Under the pieces are notes generated by a model that saw only the letters and a list, made by a program, of their open reading frames with translations, was not told the DNA's origin and searched no databases. Both the position numbers and the translations under genes were made by a program. A stretch of DNA of 36,641 bases, taken from positions 1-36,641 of the forward strand of contig JNEM01012051.1 of the NCBI GenBank assembly GCA_000697335.1, given 5' to 3'. Origin of the DNA: Conidiobolus incongruus B7586. Its lineage: Eukaryota. Position 1 is the first letter of the stretch. The number at the start of each line of letters is the position of its first letter. This document shows, one piece after another, positions 22,524 through 34,199 of this stretch.

Positions 22524-25500
22524 ATATCTCCTCTTTTTTAATTCATTCAATCTAATTAATTTTTCTAATTTATCTCAAATACTCAAGCATAATCTGAGCA
22601 TAATTTATTAAGTTTTAATATTGAATAATTTTAGCTTTTTATTTTTAAATAATTTTTAAACTTTTTTTCAATTTTACAATTGGTATATATTTTGTATCAT
22701 TATTATTTTAAAATTATTCATTTATTCGAATTTATCTTTATATTTGTTAAATAATAACTGATGTTTTTATCGGTATTGAGAATGTTAAAGAATAATGAAT
22801 TTTTATGAATTTGAAAAAATTATAATTTACTAACATTGTAATTAACTAAGCTTTTTAAATTTTATGTATTGATAATTATCAAATTCTATGACTAATTGTT
22901 AATTTGATCAAATAACTTAACATTTCAAAAGGATTGATCCCAAATCAGGGTACCTGCATTTAATAGATTCATTCAATCCATTAATCAAAGCAACATTAAC
23001 TAAATTCAGTCATTTGGAAAGTGCACATATCACAATCAGGACTCAATTCCAAATTGAGGAATGTTCACTCGGAAAAAAGGGCGCTAACTTGGATATTTTT
23101 AGTCATCCCAATTTTACCTAAAGCAACGGATGATTTTTGAGCTTCAATATTTATTCCAATCCACTCTCCGGCCTCTCTCTTTCTCTCTCTCAATCTCCCT
23201 CACTTATGATCTCCTCAATTAGTATATTAAATTAAAATTGATAATTTATTTTGGAAAATTTACCAAATTTTGAAATTTCTAATTTGGGATTATCGAATCA
23301 AATATTTATTATTTGTTCACTATTAATCATTTTTTATGGTTAAAATATTATAAAATATACATGCACCAAAATTTTATACTTAAACTTATATAATTGATTC
23401 ATCTTAATAGATAATTTAGTTAGACAATGGTGGCTATCATGTTAATGTGAATATATTTGTTAATTCTAAACTTAGGAATATGTCCAAATATATATTGAAT
23501 AGTTGTCATCAATTGAAGTGAGGCCACCAAATGTCATTCAATCATTTATTTTGAATCTGATATTAATTTCACTAATTGAAAACCCTCAATTCTTCGCTTA
23601 AACAAATACCATTTTTTTCAATATATTTTGTTTCCATATTATTTTTATTGGATATTCAATAAATCATTAATTCAAATTATGGGTATTACTAGACAAAAAT
23701 GTGGAATTAAAAGTTGACAAAAATTTTCAAAACTACCAAATTAGTAATTTAAATTCGGTATTCATTACCAGAAACCTTAATTGAGTCATACTTTGCCAAT
23801 TATATCATGGCACTAGGAATTCCATTTCTTGCTAAGGCAATATTTCCAACTAAATATAGTATTACCTTTGAGAAAATGGTGAACTTTATCATTTTTATAT
23901 AAAACATTTGAAATTGAAAATTTCTGATGTTTTCAAAAACAAAAATTTTTTTCTTTGAAATTAAAATGATTTGTTTAATACTAAATATTGATTTTATTCT
24001 AATACAAATGATATTTATGATAAATTCTATTTTAGTTAAAAATAATATGTCAGTTAAGCATTTTTTTAATATAAATAACCATATGAGATAAACTAACAGG
24101 TTAGAATTTCTTTTTTCTTCTATTTGATCTGTAATCAATTGCGCATTATCCATTTTCCCATTAATTAATTACTTAATTAGGTGTTATTTTTGGATATTTT
24201 ATGGGAAAATGGGCCAAATTTAATCGGTTTGAATAATTTGGATAATAAATAATTGAATGATTTAATTTTGCTAGTAATAAAAATGATGTAGAATATTTTA
24301 ATAGTTTAAGGCTCTATATTATAAATATATATATGTGTGCATGTGTATCTTTTATTGAATTGTATATCTAATTAATATCACTCAAACCAAATATATTAAA
24401 AGTGAATTTTAAGAAATATAGCATTGATATTGTCTATAAAATTTAATAATTCCATTGGATTTAAAGAAATAAATATGATATCCAATAGTAGCTAATGCTA
24501 AGGTCAATGTGATGTTCAATTATGATATTAAATAAAGAGATATATGAATAAAATATTATTGACCACTTTAATATTGCTATAACAAAAAAATGAATAAATT
24601 AATATTCCAAAACTCAAAAATGAATAAATTTAAAAAAATTTTCTTTCAAATATTTATATATAAAACACCCCTAAAAAATCTAGAATTATTTTATATAATA
24701 AAAAATAAATTAATATAAATAGTAGTATATAATTATTTATTAGAAAGAAAAAATATTTAAAAAAAATGTTCTCTATAACAATTATCGGGCATATTAATTT
24801 AAATTAATTTAATATTAAATTTAATCTTTATAGTGACATGCTGTGAATAAAATGAAAATTTAATCAAATTAAGTAAAATATTAAATCAATATATATATAT
24901 ATATATATATTAATAAAAGCTAATTGAATGAAAATAAAAGAATGCTTATAGTATTTATTGGTTTTAAAAAATTAATAAGAATATTAAAATTATAAAATTT
25001 AATAGTTTATATTTGTTCTTTATTACTATCGGTGAATTCTAAATTATGAAAATTAGTAAATATAAATTTTATTAAATAGATTATAACCCTAAAGTTTTAA
25101 AATTATATACAATTTTAAATAAATTTAATATTTTAATTAATATAATATATCGAAATATGTATGACTATATAATATATAAATTCTAGAATTGTTTTACTTA
25201 TATTGATATATTCAGTAATTAGATAATAATTTTTTATTTTATTTGACAGCATATATTTGGTATTTTATTGATTGCCTAATATAGATGATAAGCAATGGAT
25301 TTCTGAACCATTTTATGATTGATTTTTTGACATTGGCTATTCAATAACCATTCTAACATTGTTGATTAACTGGTTGCATTTGATTTTTACCTTATTTATT
25401 CAAAACTTTGTTAGCCGATCTAAACATCAATAAATACAATTTTCCCATATTTAACTAATATATTATTATATCATGAATGGAAATATTACTCGAAGAAACT

Positions 25501-26083
25501 CGTAATTTAAGCTACTTAAAAATTGATTAGAATTTTATTTATTATATAATGTAGGATTGTATTTTAACTGAGTTATATGAGATTTTGTCAAATTTAAGTT
25601 GAATTCTCTTTTTTCCTATCATGATACAATAAATTAAAAATTAAGATTTAAAAGTTTCTTAATTGAGTTAATATTTCTCAATTTCCCTTTTTAGTCTGTG
25701 GAACATCCGATTCGATTGGCAATTTGATGAATATTTGATTTTGTGACAAAGAATATTGATGATTTCAGATTTATTTCAAATTAAGCTTATTCACTTTCCT
25801 AAAAAAATAATTACAAACTTGTGATTTTATATAAAAACCTCTTCCAAATACTATACCCAAAATGGTGAACTAAATCAAATCACTAAACTCCCATTCTGAA
25901 GGGATAGAATTTCCAATTAAGGATAGCTGTCTCTTTCCATTTTCGGATATTACTATCTGCAATTGTCGATCATTCAACTTTTGCTTTATTAATAAACAAT
26001 ACGGAAGTACCCATAGTCCACCCTCATTATTGGAAATATTTAAACCAGCAATCGGCCACATAATTCATTATTTTATTTTCCTC

Positions 26084-26680
26084 ATGCTTGCTTCTTTTCA
26101 ACATTCTATGAACCAAATTCGTCCTGCTGGCAAGTACTCCGAGCACACAAACCAAGCTTGCGACAGCTGCAGGAAGAAGAAGGTCAAGTGTGTTAGCAAC
26201 CCAATCCCTGGTTTACCTTGTGGTCACTGTGATAAGCATCGCTACACTTGTACATATTATCATCATGCAAACAAAAGAGGTCCCAAGGGATCCTCTAATG
26301 TCAGGTCTGGAGGTGTTCGTAAGAACCAGAACCTCCCTATTCTCACTTCCCCTTTGAGATTAGGCTATGGTCATAACGCCAGCCTCGTCAATCCTTCTAA
26401 TTCTGGAGAGTTTTCACCTTCACCTCATAGTTCCTCCTCGACTTTAAAATCAGACCTTAAAATCATTCAATACAGCCCAGTTCAGCCATCTCACCCTACC
26501 ACATGTCACTCGCCCGCAGTTACCTCACCCTCGGATTACACACCGTCACACCCTAGTTCACCACCTAATTCCCTCAGCTATCAAGATCTCCTCAGGCACT
26601 ATGGCCACGATATAAATGATAAGCTAGGCTACGACTTCTGCTCAGCAAGACTCCGATGGTGGAAAACAATTATGAATTAG
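26084..26680 (+). CDS. Short Zn(II)2Cys6 transcription factor (198 aa from ATG 26084) with Ser/Pro-rich tail and no middle homology domain
   Basis: ACDSCRKKKVKCVSNPIPGLPCGHCDKHRYTCTY...KRGPK is a canonical GAL4-like cluster plus basic linker. The ORF-track start at 26030 is TTG; the first in-frame ATG is 26084. Confidence 0.88.
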   Translation: MLASFQHSMNQIRPAGKYSEHTNQACDSCRKKKVKCVSNPIPGLPCGHCDKHRYTCTYYHHANKRGPKGSSNVRSGGVRKNQNLPILTSPLRLGYGHNASLVNPSNSGEFSPSPHSSSSTLKSDLKIIQYSPVQPSHPTTCHSPAVTSPSDYTPSHPSSPPNSLSYQDLLRHYGHDINDKLGYDFCSARLRWWKTIMN

Positions 26681-27947
26681 TGAGATTCAGAGGAGAAAAC
26701 AAGATCTAGACCCTAAGCCAAAAACGGCATCTACCTGCTATTTTTAATCTAGACCACTGTCACCCCGGGGAAATCGTCTCAATTTGGAAATCCGTCACCC
26801 CTTTCTAGGAAATTGAGGGGAGAAGAGGTGAAATCATGGACACAAATCGAAATCAAGATGTGAAATTAACGAATCAAATAGCCACATTGCACTCGGAATG
26901 GACAGTCCAAGTTTTTATTTCCTTGTGGATATCCTACCTTGATCAACTCTTTTACCGAGCCGTCTTCCCAATATCATGTTAATAGCCCAACCACGAAGGG
27001 AGAATTCTAACCATCATTCTAATTAATACTAAATAAAGCTTCTAAAATCATATAATTCTCTCATCAATTCATCAAAGTTATATTAAATTCCTCAAATTCA
27101 ACTGATTTTTAAACGCGTATGATATCATGTATTAATATTGCTATTATTTGGTTTAAACATCACACTGTAACTATCGGATTTATTATACCAGCATTTCCGA
27201 AATTGGGAAGGCTTATATATTTACAAGCATTAAGGTTTCTTATCAAAAGAATCTATTGAAACCATCTAACTGAATTTACTAATCCATTCCCTTTTATCCA
27301 TTTTAATAATGATTGGACGCATTGTAACAATGACTAATTAATTTTACAATAGCATGATCGAGTATTTTAACTTTTTGAATGAAAGACTTTAATAGTGTGA
27401 ATTGAAAATTAGTTTCAAAGTTTATAAAAACATTTTAACGCACCTAATAAGTTACATTAATATTAATTTGTAAAAATTTTTCAAATTTATTTTATCTAGT
27501 ATTCCCTGGATAATTATCTTTACCTAAAGTATTTCCTAATAAAGATATTTTTTGACAATTTTGTTAAATCCCACATTCAATCAAGGCGCCGATTACGATT
27601 CTTTAGGGATCAAGCATTAATGCTTTAAATTCCAATTTAACCAATCAAAATATTAGTCTTAATAAATTGACTTTAATTGATTGAATAATTAATATTCCTA
27701 AATACAAATAAATTAGCTTACATGTCCGATACTATCCAAAATTAGACTATCCACACTTTTTTTCCAATTGATTTAAAACTCGGAGAAGTTTCATTAATTT
27801 GGTAATAACGTTATTCCCTAACTAAATTAGAAAGTTTTACTAATTAGGAGAATTTGATTGGATAAATTTCAAAAGAAAAAAATTTTTTTTTTATTTTTAA
27901 TTGAGTTCACAATTGAGTTATATTTGATTAATTGAATCTTGGCATGA

Positions 27948-27977
27948 CAAATATTAACAAATATTAACAAATATTTT
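27948..27977. repeat. 10-bp tandem repeat (CAAATATTAA) about x3
   Basis: CAAATATTAACAAATATTAACAAATATT seen directly. Confidence 0.7.
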
Positions 27978-29560
27978 TAACTTGTTATAGAGAATGGCGT
28001 ACTCTTTTCTTTAGATAATTTCTCGATCTTTCAGATATATAAGTTTTTTTTGTATTTATTTAAAAAAAATCTAATAGTTTTTGATTTATTCTGAATAAAT
28101 AATAGAAAGTTTTAGGGATATAAGATTATTAAATTTTAATTAATATAAAAATTTATTTTATCATGATATAAAATACATTTTACAGATTATTAAAGTTTCA
28201 ATATTTTATATTTAATATTCAACAATATATCTGCAACTTTTACTACACTGTTTAATTTGCATCCTTATTAAACTCAAATTGAATAAATAAACCGATAATT
28301 TAACAAAGTGTTTAATATTATGTAATAAATAACAAAATTACATTTTTACTCATTGTTTGAAATCTTTTGGTGTAAAAAAGTAACTTGAACTTTTTTAATT
28401 TCAAATAACTATAATTAAACTGATCATTTTAAACTGTTTGTTATATAAAATGATAATAGCATTTGATTTTTATTGCAGATATTATAATGAAAAACAGCTT
28501 CAAATAGCATCATTCGAAAAATATATGTTATAAAGTAATCAAATTGACTAATATTAGTTCTTAATTTACCAATTCTCTTATAATATAAAAATATAATCAA
28601 TAGAGGGATGGTTCGTGTGAATAGATATTATGCAAGTTGAATTAGTTCAGATGTTTTATATGAAATATTGTTGTAATTCAACTTTCGGTATTTATTATTT
28701 CTAAATTGAGCATCTATACAACTATATTACATTGTAATGAAAAGTTCCTAATAATTTTAGATCTTTTAAGCATTCTTAGTCATTTAAACTAAATAGACTT
28801 ACATTTTAACAAGCAATACATAGCACTAGTATTCAAAAAGGATAATAACTTTCATAAAAACCAGAAATCTAGAATGTAATTATCACTTTAACCTATACCC
28901 GGAGCAAGTTTTCACGTTACTCAATCTGAAAGAAAGCATTCGGAAGTTTCCAAAAAGTTCAAAACACAACCAAAGGAAAAATATGATTTTCTGAAATTGG
29001 AGAGATAATTTTTTTACAAACTACTTGATCCCCTTCAATTACTCTAAGTTTGGCAATTATCACCTTTTAATAAATATTATTATTTTCATTTTCACGATAA
29101 TCTTTAGCAAATTAGGATTAATTTAGTTTTATACTTGTTAAATTAATAAAATTATTAGAACAAGTTGAATGTATTAATTCAAAAAGAAAAGAAATATATT
29201 ATTCAATATTTATATCAACTATATTAAAATTGAACAATCTAATATTGAATTATTTAATTAAAATTCATTATAATTCTTATCTTAATAATTTTTAAATTGT
29301 TTATACCTAATTATAGTAAGATTACTCTTTTGGATTGTTTATCTAATATTCATCAAAATTTTAATTGAATTAACTAAAGGGTTAAAATGATTTAAATATT
29401 CAATAATATATTTAATCTTAAATTTTTATTATATATAAGTAGTCATTTATCTATCTTTTATATTTGAATAATTATATTATTAAAATAATAAAATAATATT
29501 TGAAATTAATTAAATAATAAACAATGATTATTGATTTTTTTTGAATAAATATCCAATATA

Positions 29561-29587
29561 TTTGAATTTGAATTTGAATTTGAATTT
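29561..29587. repeat. (TTTGAA)4 microsatellite
   Basis: TTTGAATTTGAATTTGAATTTGAATTT seen directly. Confidence 0.75.
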
Positions 29588-32500
29588 ATCATTGATTATA
29601 GTACAATTAGAGGGTGTTTAAATTAATTTTACACCAAATCAAAAGGAAAAATAATAGTACCATAATTGGTAATAATCAAGAGTAAGAATTGAACCATGTT
29701 TTTTATTTAATATATTTCTTGTTATTCTAATATTTTAAATTGAAATTTATCTCCTAGGAGTTATATCTGCATTCGATATTTTTCAAGAATTTTTTCTTGT
29801 AATCTTTTCAAATTTATTTTGACCTTTTTAGTTTGATTAAGTTATTTTGTCAAATGTAAATTTGATATTTCTTCTTCAGATTAATATGTTTTATTGTATT
29901 AATTTACTAATCAACTATTATTAAACTTGTAATTCGGATTAATTGTCAAGATTGAATATTTGATGAGTGTATATTAAATATATTATTTAGTAGATAAATG
30001 GGATAATGAAAATTAGTTATTTGGGCGATTTATCAGAGATTTATAAAATAGTAATCTTGAGAAAGAAAACCAGTGATATCAAAAATTCACCAGTTGGAAT
30101 CGTTTTAAAATCAATTAGTTAAGAATCAAAAATATTATATAAGTCATATAATCTGGGTAGTGTTTTACGTGACTTGACCAGTGAACAAATTGTGAATGTG
30201 CTAATTTTCGACGATCCACTGTCGGGTTTGGGTTTAATCACGGAGTTTCAAGTGTATACATGATCAAAGCTATGACTTGAAATTAATATAAATTAACCTA
30301 GATTAAGAGAATTTTGTAGGTTTTCAATCAAAAAGTTCTAGATTATATTCTTTAGAATATAATGTTTGAGAGAAATGAATAGGAATAATATTGTCATATA
30401 AATTAAATGAGCATTGTTTTTTATCATTTAATTAATTTCGAAAATTATACCAACTAAATTTGTTTAAATCATACCATTTATATTATATATTGACTATAAT
30501 GCAATGTATTTATTAAAAAGTATTATCTCATCAAAGTGTAATTAATAAAAATTTAATTTAGCACATATGATTATACAAAAATTGAAAGGATATTATTGAG
30601 ATTTTATAAAAATTATTCTAAATCGATACTATGACTGTTTAAAAATCAAGACAAATATTGGGTAAATATATGATCTAATTCGTATATCTAAAGGTATCGA
30701 AATCTATATATCATAACTATTATCTGTATAAGCTGCTTATATCTTATATCAGTTAAACCATTCGCAAAATTGCATATATTATTAGTACAAACAAAATATA
30801 TAGTATGCTTTCTAACAATTGCTTGAAAAATTTTAAATTCACTATTTCAAAATAGATTTGTATAATAATCACGCTATAACTTGGTAGAAAGAGGGTTTTA
30901 ATATAAGCAAACCTCAAGTCTCTGAATATTAACTTGGAGTTGAATATCTAACAGCTTGATAAAAAGATTCATATTGATTAGTACTTGTTTAGAAGACAAA
31001 ATTATCCTTTTAAAGATTTTAAAAAATAATTGATAATAATTAATTATCTCATGAAAAATAAATAATTCACGGTATATATAAATACATAATTTGTGAAAGT
31101 TAAAAAATTTTTATATATGATTTTGATTTACTTACTCTCATCAAATAATACTAAATTAAAATTAATTGGATAAAATGATTTCATAAGTAAATATATCGGA
31201 ACAAATATTGAAATGGTTACTAAGTTAAGTAATATTACAAAATGGTTAATGAAATATGGTTTTGGACAAATTGATATTGATTAATCAGGTAAAAATCAGT
31301 ATTTTTGTGATTATCCAATAGCTGATTTTGGATTATTAATATTCTTGTATTTGAATGATAATTTGAATTAATTAGTTTATATCCAATTTAAAAAATGAGA
31401 GTAATTGAATTTAATTCATGATTTATTAATTGAGCTAATTTTTTGAATGAGTATGGATAACAATAATTAAATTTATAGCGAGTTTGTTGTTATCAATTCC
31501 AACTTGAATTGTATTCTGCATCAATTTTTTAATTAGTTGTAAGTAAAGATACTTTATTGATTATAAAATTTGTTTTCAATAACTGAATTAACTTATATAA
31601 ATTAAATTCGGCTTTGAAAATTATGAGGAGCGGTATATAATTTTTCAGTAATCTATATTTTAAATAGTAGCGCCATTGGCCTTCGTAACCCTTAATCTAT
31701 TAAATATAAAAAATAGATTAGATATTTATGGTAGATTTAAAAAACAATTAAAATCAATAAATCGAATATTTTGAAAAGATAGAGATATTAAATTTGGATC
31801 CTTATTTCATATATTTGAAACTACTCTTCAAACGAAATTCTTAAATTCTACACTCTAATAAATATTTAAATACTTAAAATTAATTAGCCAACGCAATATT
31901 TCAGTTTAGTATAGTTCTTTTGTTGTGCTATTTTGCAAAGAGGTGATTCATTTTAATTGTCAAAAAATGATTCAATTTTAGTCAAACTGATTTTGAATGG
32001 TTTATGATTAAATTTGCATTGGATTAATATTATCAAATTTATTTTATATTTTTAATAATATAGTTGTTAAAAATATATTCATATATAATTTATTTATACC
32101 TAAAGCTATTTATAGTAAAAATTTCTATAATCATTATTTATATCTTGCCATAGAAAAACATGAATATATTTTACAATCAATTGTTTATCTTGTTAATTTT
32201 CATAATTCAAAATTTCGAATTTTTTAATATCGATTATTTATGTAGAAAGAGAATTGAAAGCTTTATAATATTAGATCATATCATCTATTATATTTAATAA
32301 TATTAATAGGCCTTGTGATGTAAGACATAGCGCATATTAATTTTAATATTATGATTAATAAAGTTATACTCATATATACCTGAATAAAATTTTTTATATT
32401 ATAATAAATATATGTAATATGAATTAATATAGTATTATTTGATTAAAGATGGTATATGAAATAATGATAATAAGTTGAATTATAAGGAATTATTAAAGTA

Positions 32501-32619
32501 TTTCGAGATTAAGAAAAATGCAATTTGAAGTGAAATAATGAAAAATAGAGAAAAATAACAAAATCGCTTTACAAATAAATGAATCAGGTTTATATTAAAT
32601 GTGTAAATATAAGAAGTAA

Positions 32620-32691
32620 GACGTGTTGGCGCAATGGTAGCGCGTCCGCCTCCAGAGCGGAAGGCTGGGAGTTCGAGTCTCTCACGCGTCA
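32620..32691 (+). tRNA. tRNA-Trp(CCA), intronless
   Basis: GACGTGT TG GCGC AATGGTA GCGC G TCCGC CTCCAGA GCGGA AGGCT GGGAG TTCGAGT CTCTC ACGCGTC A, followed by a TTTTT Pol III terminator. Confidence 0.96.
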
Positions 32692-33314
32692 TTTTTGATA
32701 TTTTATTTTTTTCAAATTTTACTATTTACATTAGTTAATAATAATATTTTTTACTTTTTGATTTTTCGATTATCATTTTATACTTAATTTTTTTTTAAAA
32801 TCATTTCTCTTATTTTTCGTTATTCTTAAGTATTTGTATTTATTACTAAAATTTTATAATCAATAATCACAATACATGATTTAAGTTAATATATTTTTTT
32901 GGCCAATTAAATTTAAATTGTTTTAAGTTGGGATTAAATTTTTCAGGATATTACTACAATCAATTTTTATTTTGATCAATATTTTGAATAATATGTACTC
33001 TATTTATTAAATTTATTTATAGAATTTATTATTAATATAGTTATTTTAATTATACAAATATGAATAATTTAATAATATTTAGAATTTCCACTAGTCAATT
33101 TCTAATAGAATGTTTTCAAATCCCATAAATTTAAACAATAAATATTCCTAATGAATTTTAATTATTCAATTATTTTATCAATATTATGACTGCTTAATAT
33201 ATAATAAACAATAAACAAAATCAAAGAATTACAAAATCCATCATCAATATCAATTAAAACTATATATTTGATATATTAGACTAAATAAAATTATACCTAG
33301 TTATTGTAAATATT

Positions 33315-34199
33315 ATGGATTTTTTATTAGGGCGGCGTAAGAGCCCAGCCGAGGTATTGAGAATACATCAGAGGAGCTTGACGAAAGCTCAAAGGGAGCT
33401 GGATAGGGAGAGGACCAAATTAGAGCAACAGGAAAAGAAGTTAATTACAGATATTAAAAAGTCTGCTAAGGTTGGCCAGATGGTATTTTAATCTTAAATA
33501 TTCATAGTGATATTGTATTAAATAGGCATTTAGAATGCTTGCAAAATTCAAGCTAAAGATTTGGTAAGAACTAGGAAGCATATCCAAAAATTTTATCAGA
33601 TGAAAACACAGTTACAAGCTGTTAGCTTGAGAATTCAGGTATTTCTAAATTTCATTGTTGATGTTAAAATATTTTATTGAGTAATATTTAAATAGACACT
33701 TTGTTCAAACCAGCAAATGGCAGAAGCAATGAAAGGAGCTTCTAGAGTGAGTTATATTCGTCTAATTACTGATATAAAAATTCAATATTAACTCAAACGC
33801 TATTAAATAGACTATGGGAGCAATGAATAAACGCATGAACTTGCCAGGTATCCAAAAGATTATGATGGATTTTGAAAGAGAGAGCGAAATCATGGATATG
33901 AAGGAAGAAATCATGAATGACGTCATGGATGATGTCATGGACGACGAACTCGATGAAGAGGAAGAATCTGAGAATATTGTGAATCAAGTCCTCGACGAAA
34001 TTGGTATCAATGTTAATCAATCAGTAATAATTAAATATATTAGCCAGTCATATAAAGTATTAATATTGCGCTATTATAGCTTGTGGATACTCCTAATCAT
34101 ATTGGGTCATCTGAACCAGTACGCCAAGCCGTTGCCGAGGGTGCTATGTCGGACGATGCTTTACTTCAAGCTAGATTAGATAATTTGAGAAGAGAATAG
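33315..34199 (+). CDS. VPS2: ESCRT-III subunit Vps2/Did4 (CHMP2A), 5 exons: 33315-33482, 33534-33638, 33696-33746, 33811-34023, 34080-34199; 218 aa
   Basis: Spliced protein MDFLLGRRKSPAEVLRIHQRSLTKAQRELDRERTKLEQQEKKLITDIKKSAKVGQM/NACKIQAKDLVRTRKHIQKFYQMKTQLQAVSLRIQ/TLCSNQQMAEAMKGASR/TMGAMNKRMNLPGIQKIMMDFERESEIMDMKEE...VLDEIGINVNQS/LVDTP...DDALLQARLDNLRRE*. Four phase-0 GT-AG introns of 51-64 nt; C-terminal MIM1 motif. Confidence 0.95.

Noticed and set aside
22524..22540. Polypurine tract (minus strand AAAAAAGAGGAGATAT) implying a 3' LTR of a full element
   Set aside because: A perfect ATATC TSD flanks the LTR and no pol/int relic follows, so a solo LTR is more parsimonious; cannot be fully excluded.
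25870..26061. 63-aa minus-strand ORF
   Set aside because: Antisense to the TF promoter/5' UTR; no domain.
26678..27000. Selenocysteine readthrough/SECIS after the TF stop
   Set aside because: The first stop is TAG, a TAA follows soon in frame, and no ATGA..AA..GA SECIS core is evident in the hairpin.
32480..32692. 70-aa ORF
   Set aside because: Antisense to tRNA-Trp; spurious.
33793..34020. 75-aa minus-strand ORF
   Set aside because: Antisense shadow of VPS2 exon 4.
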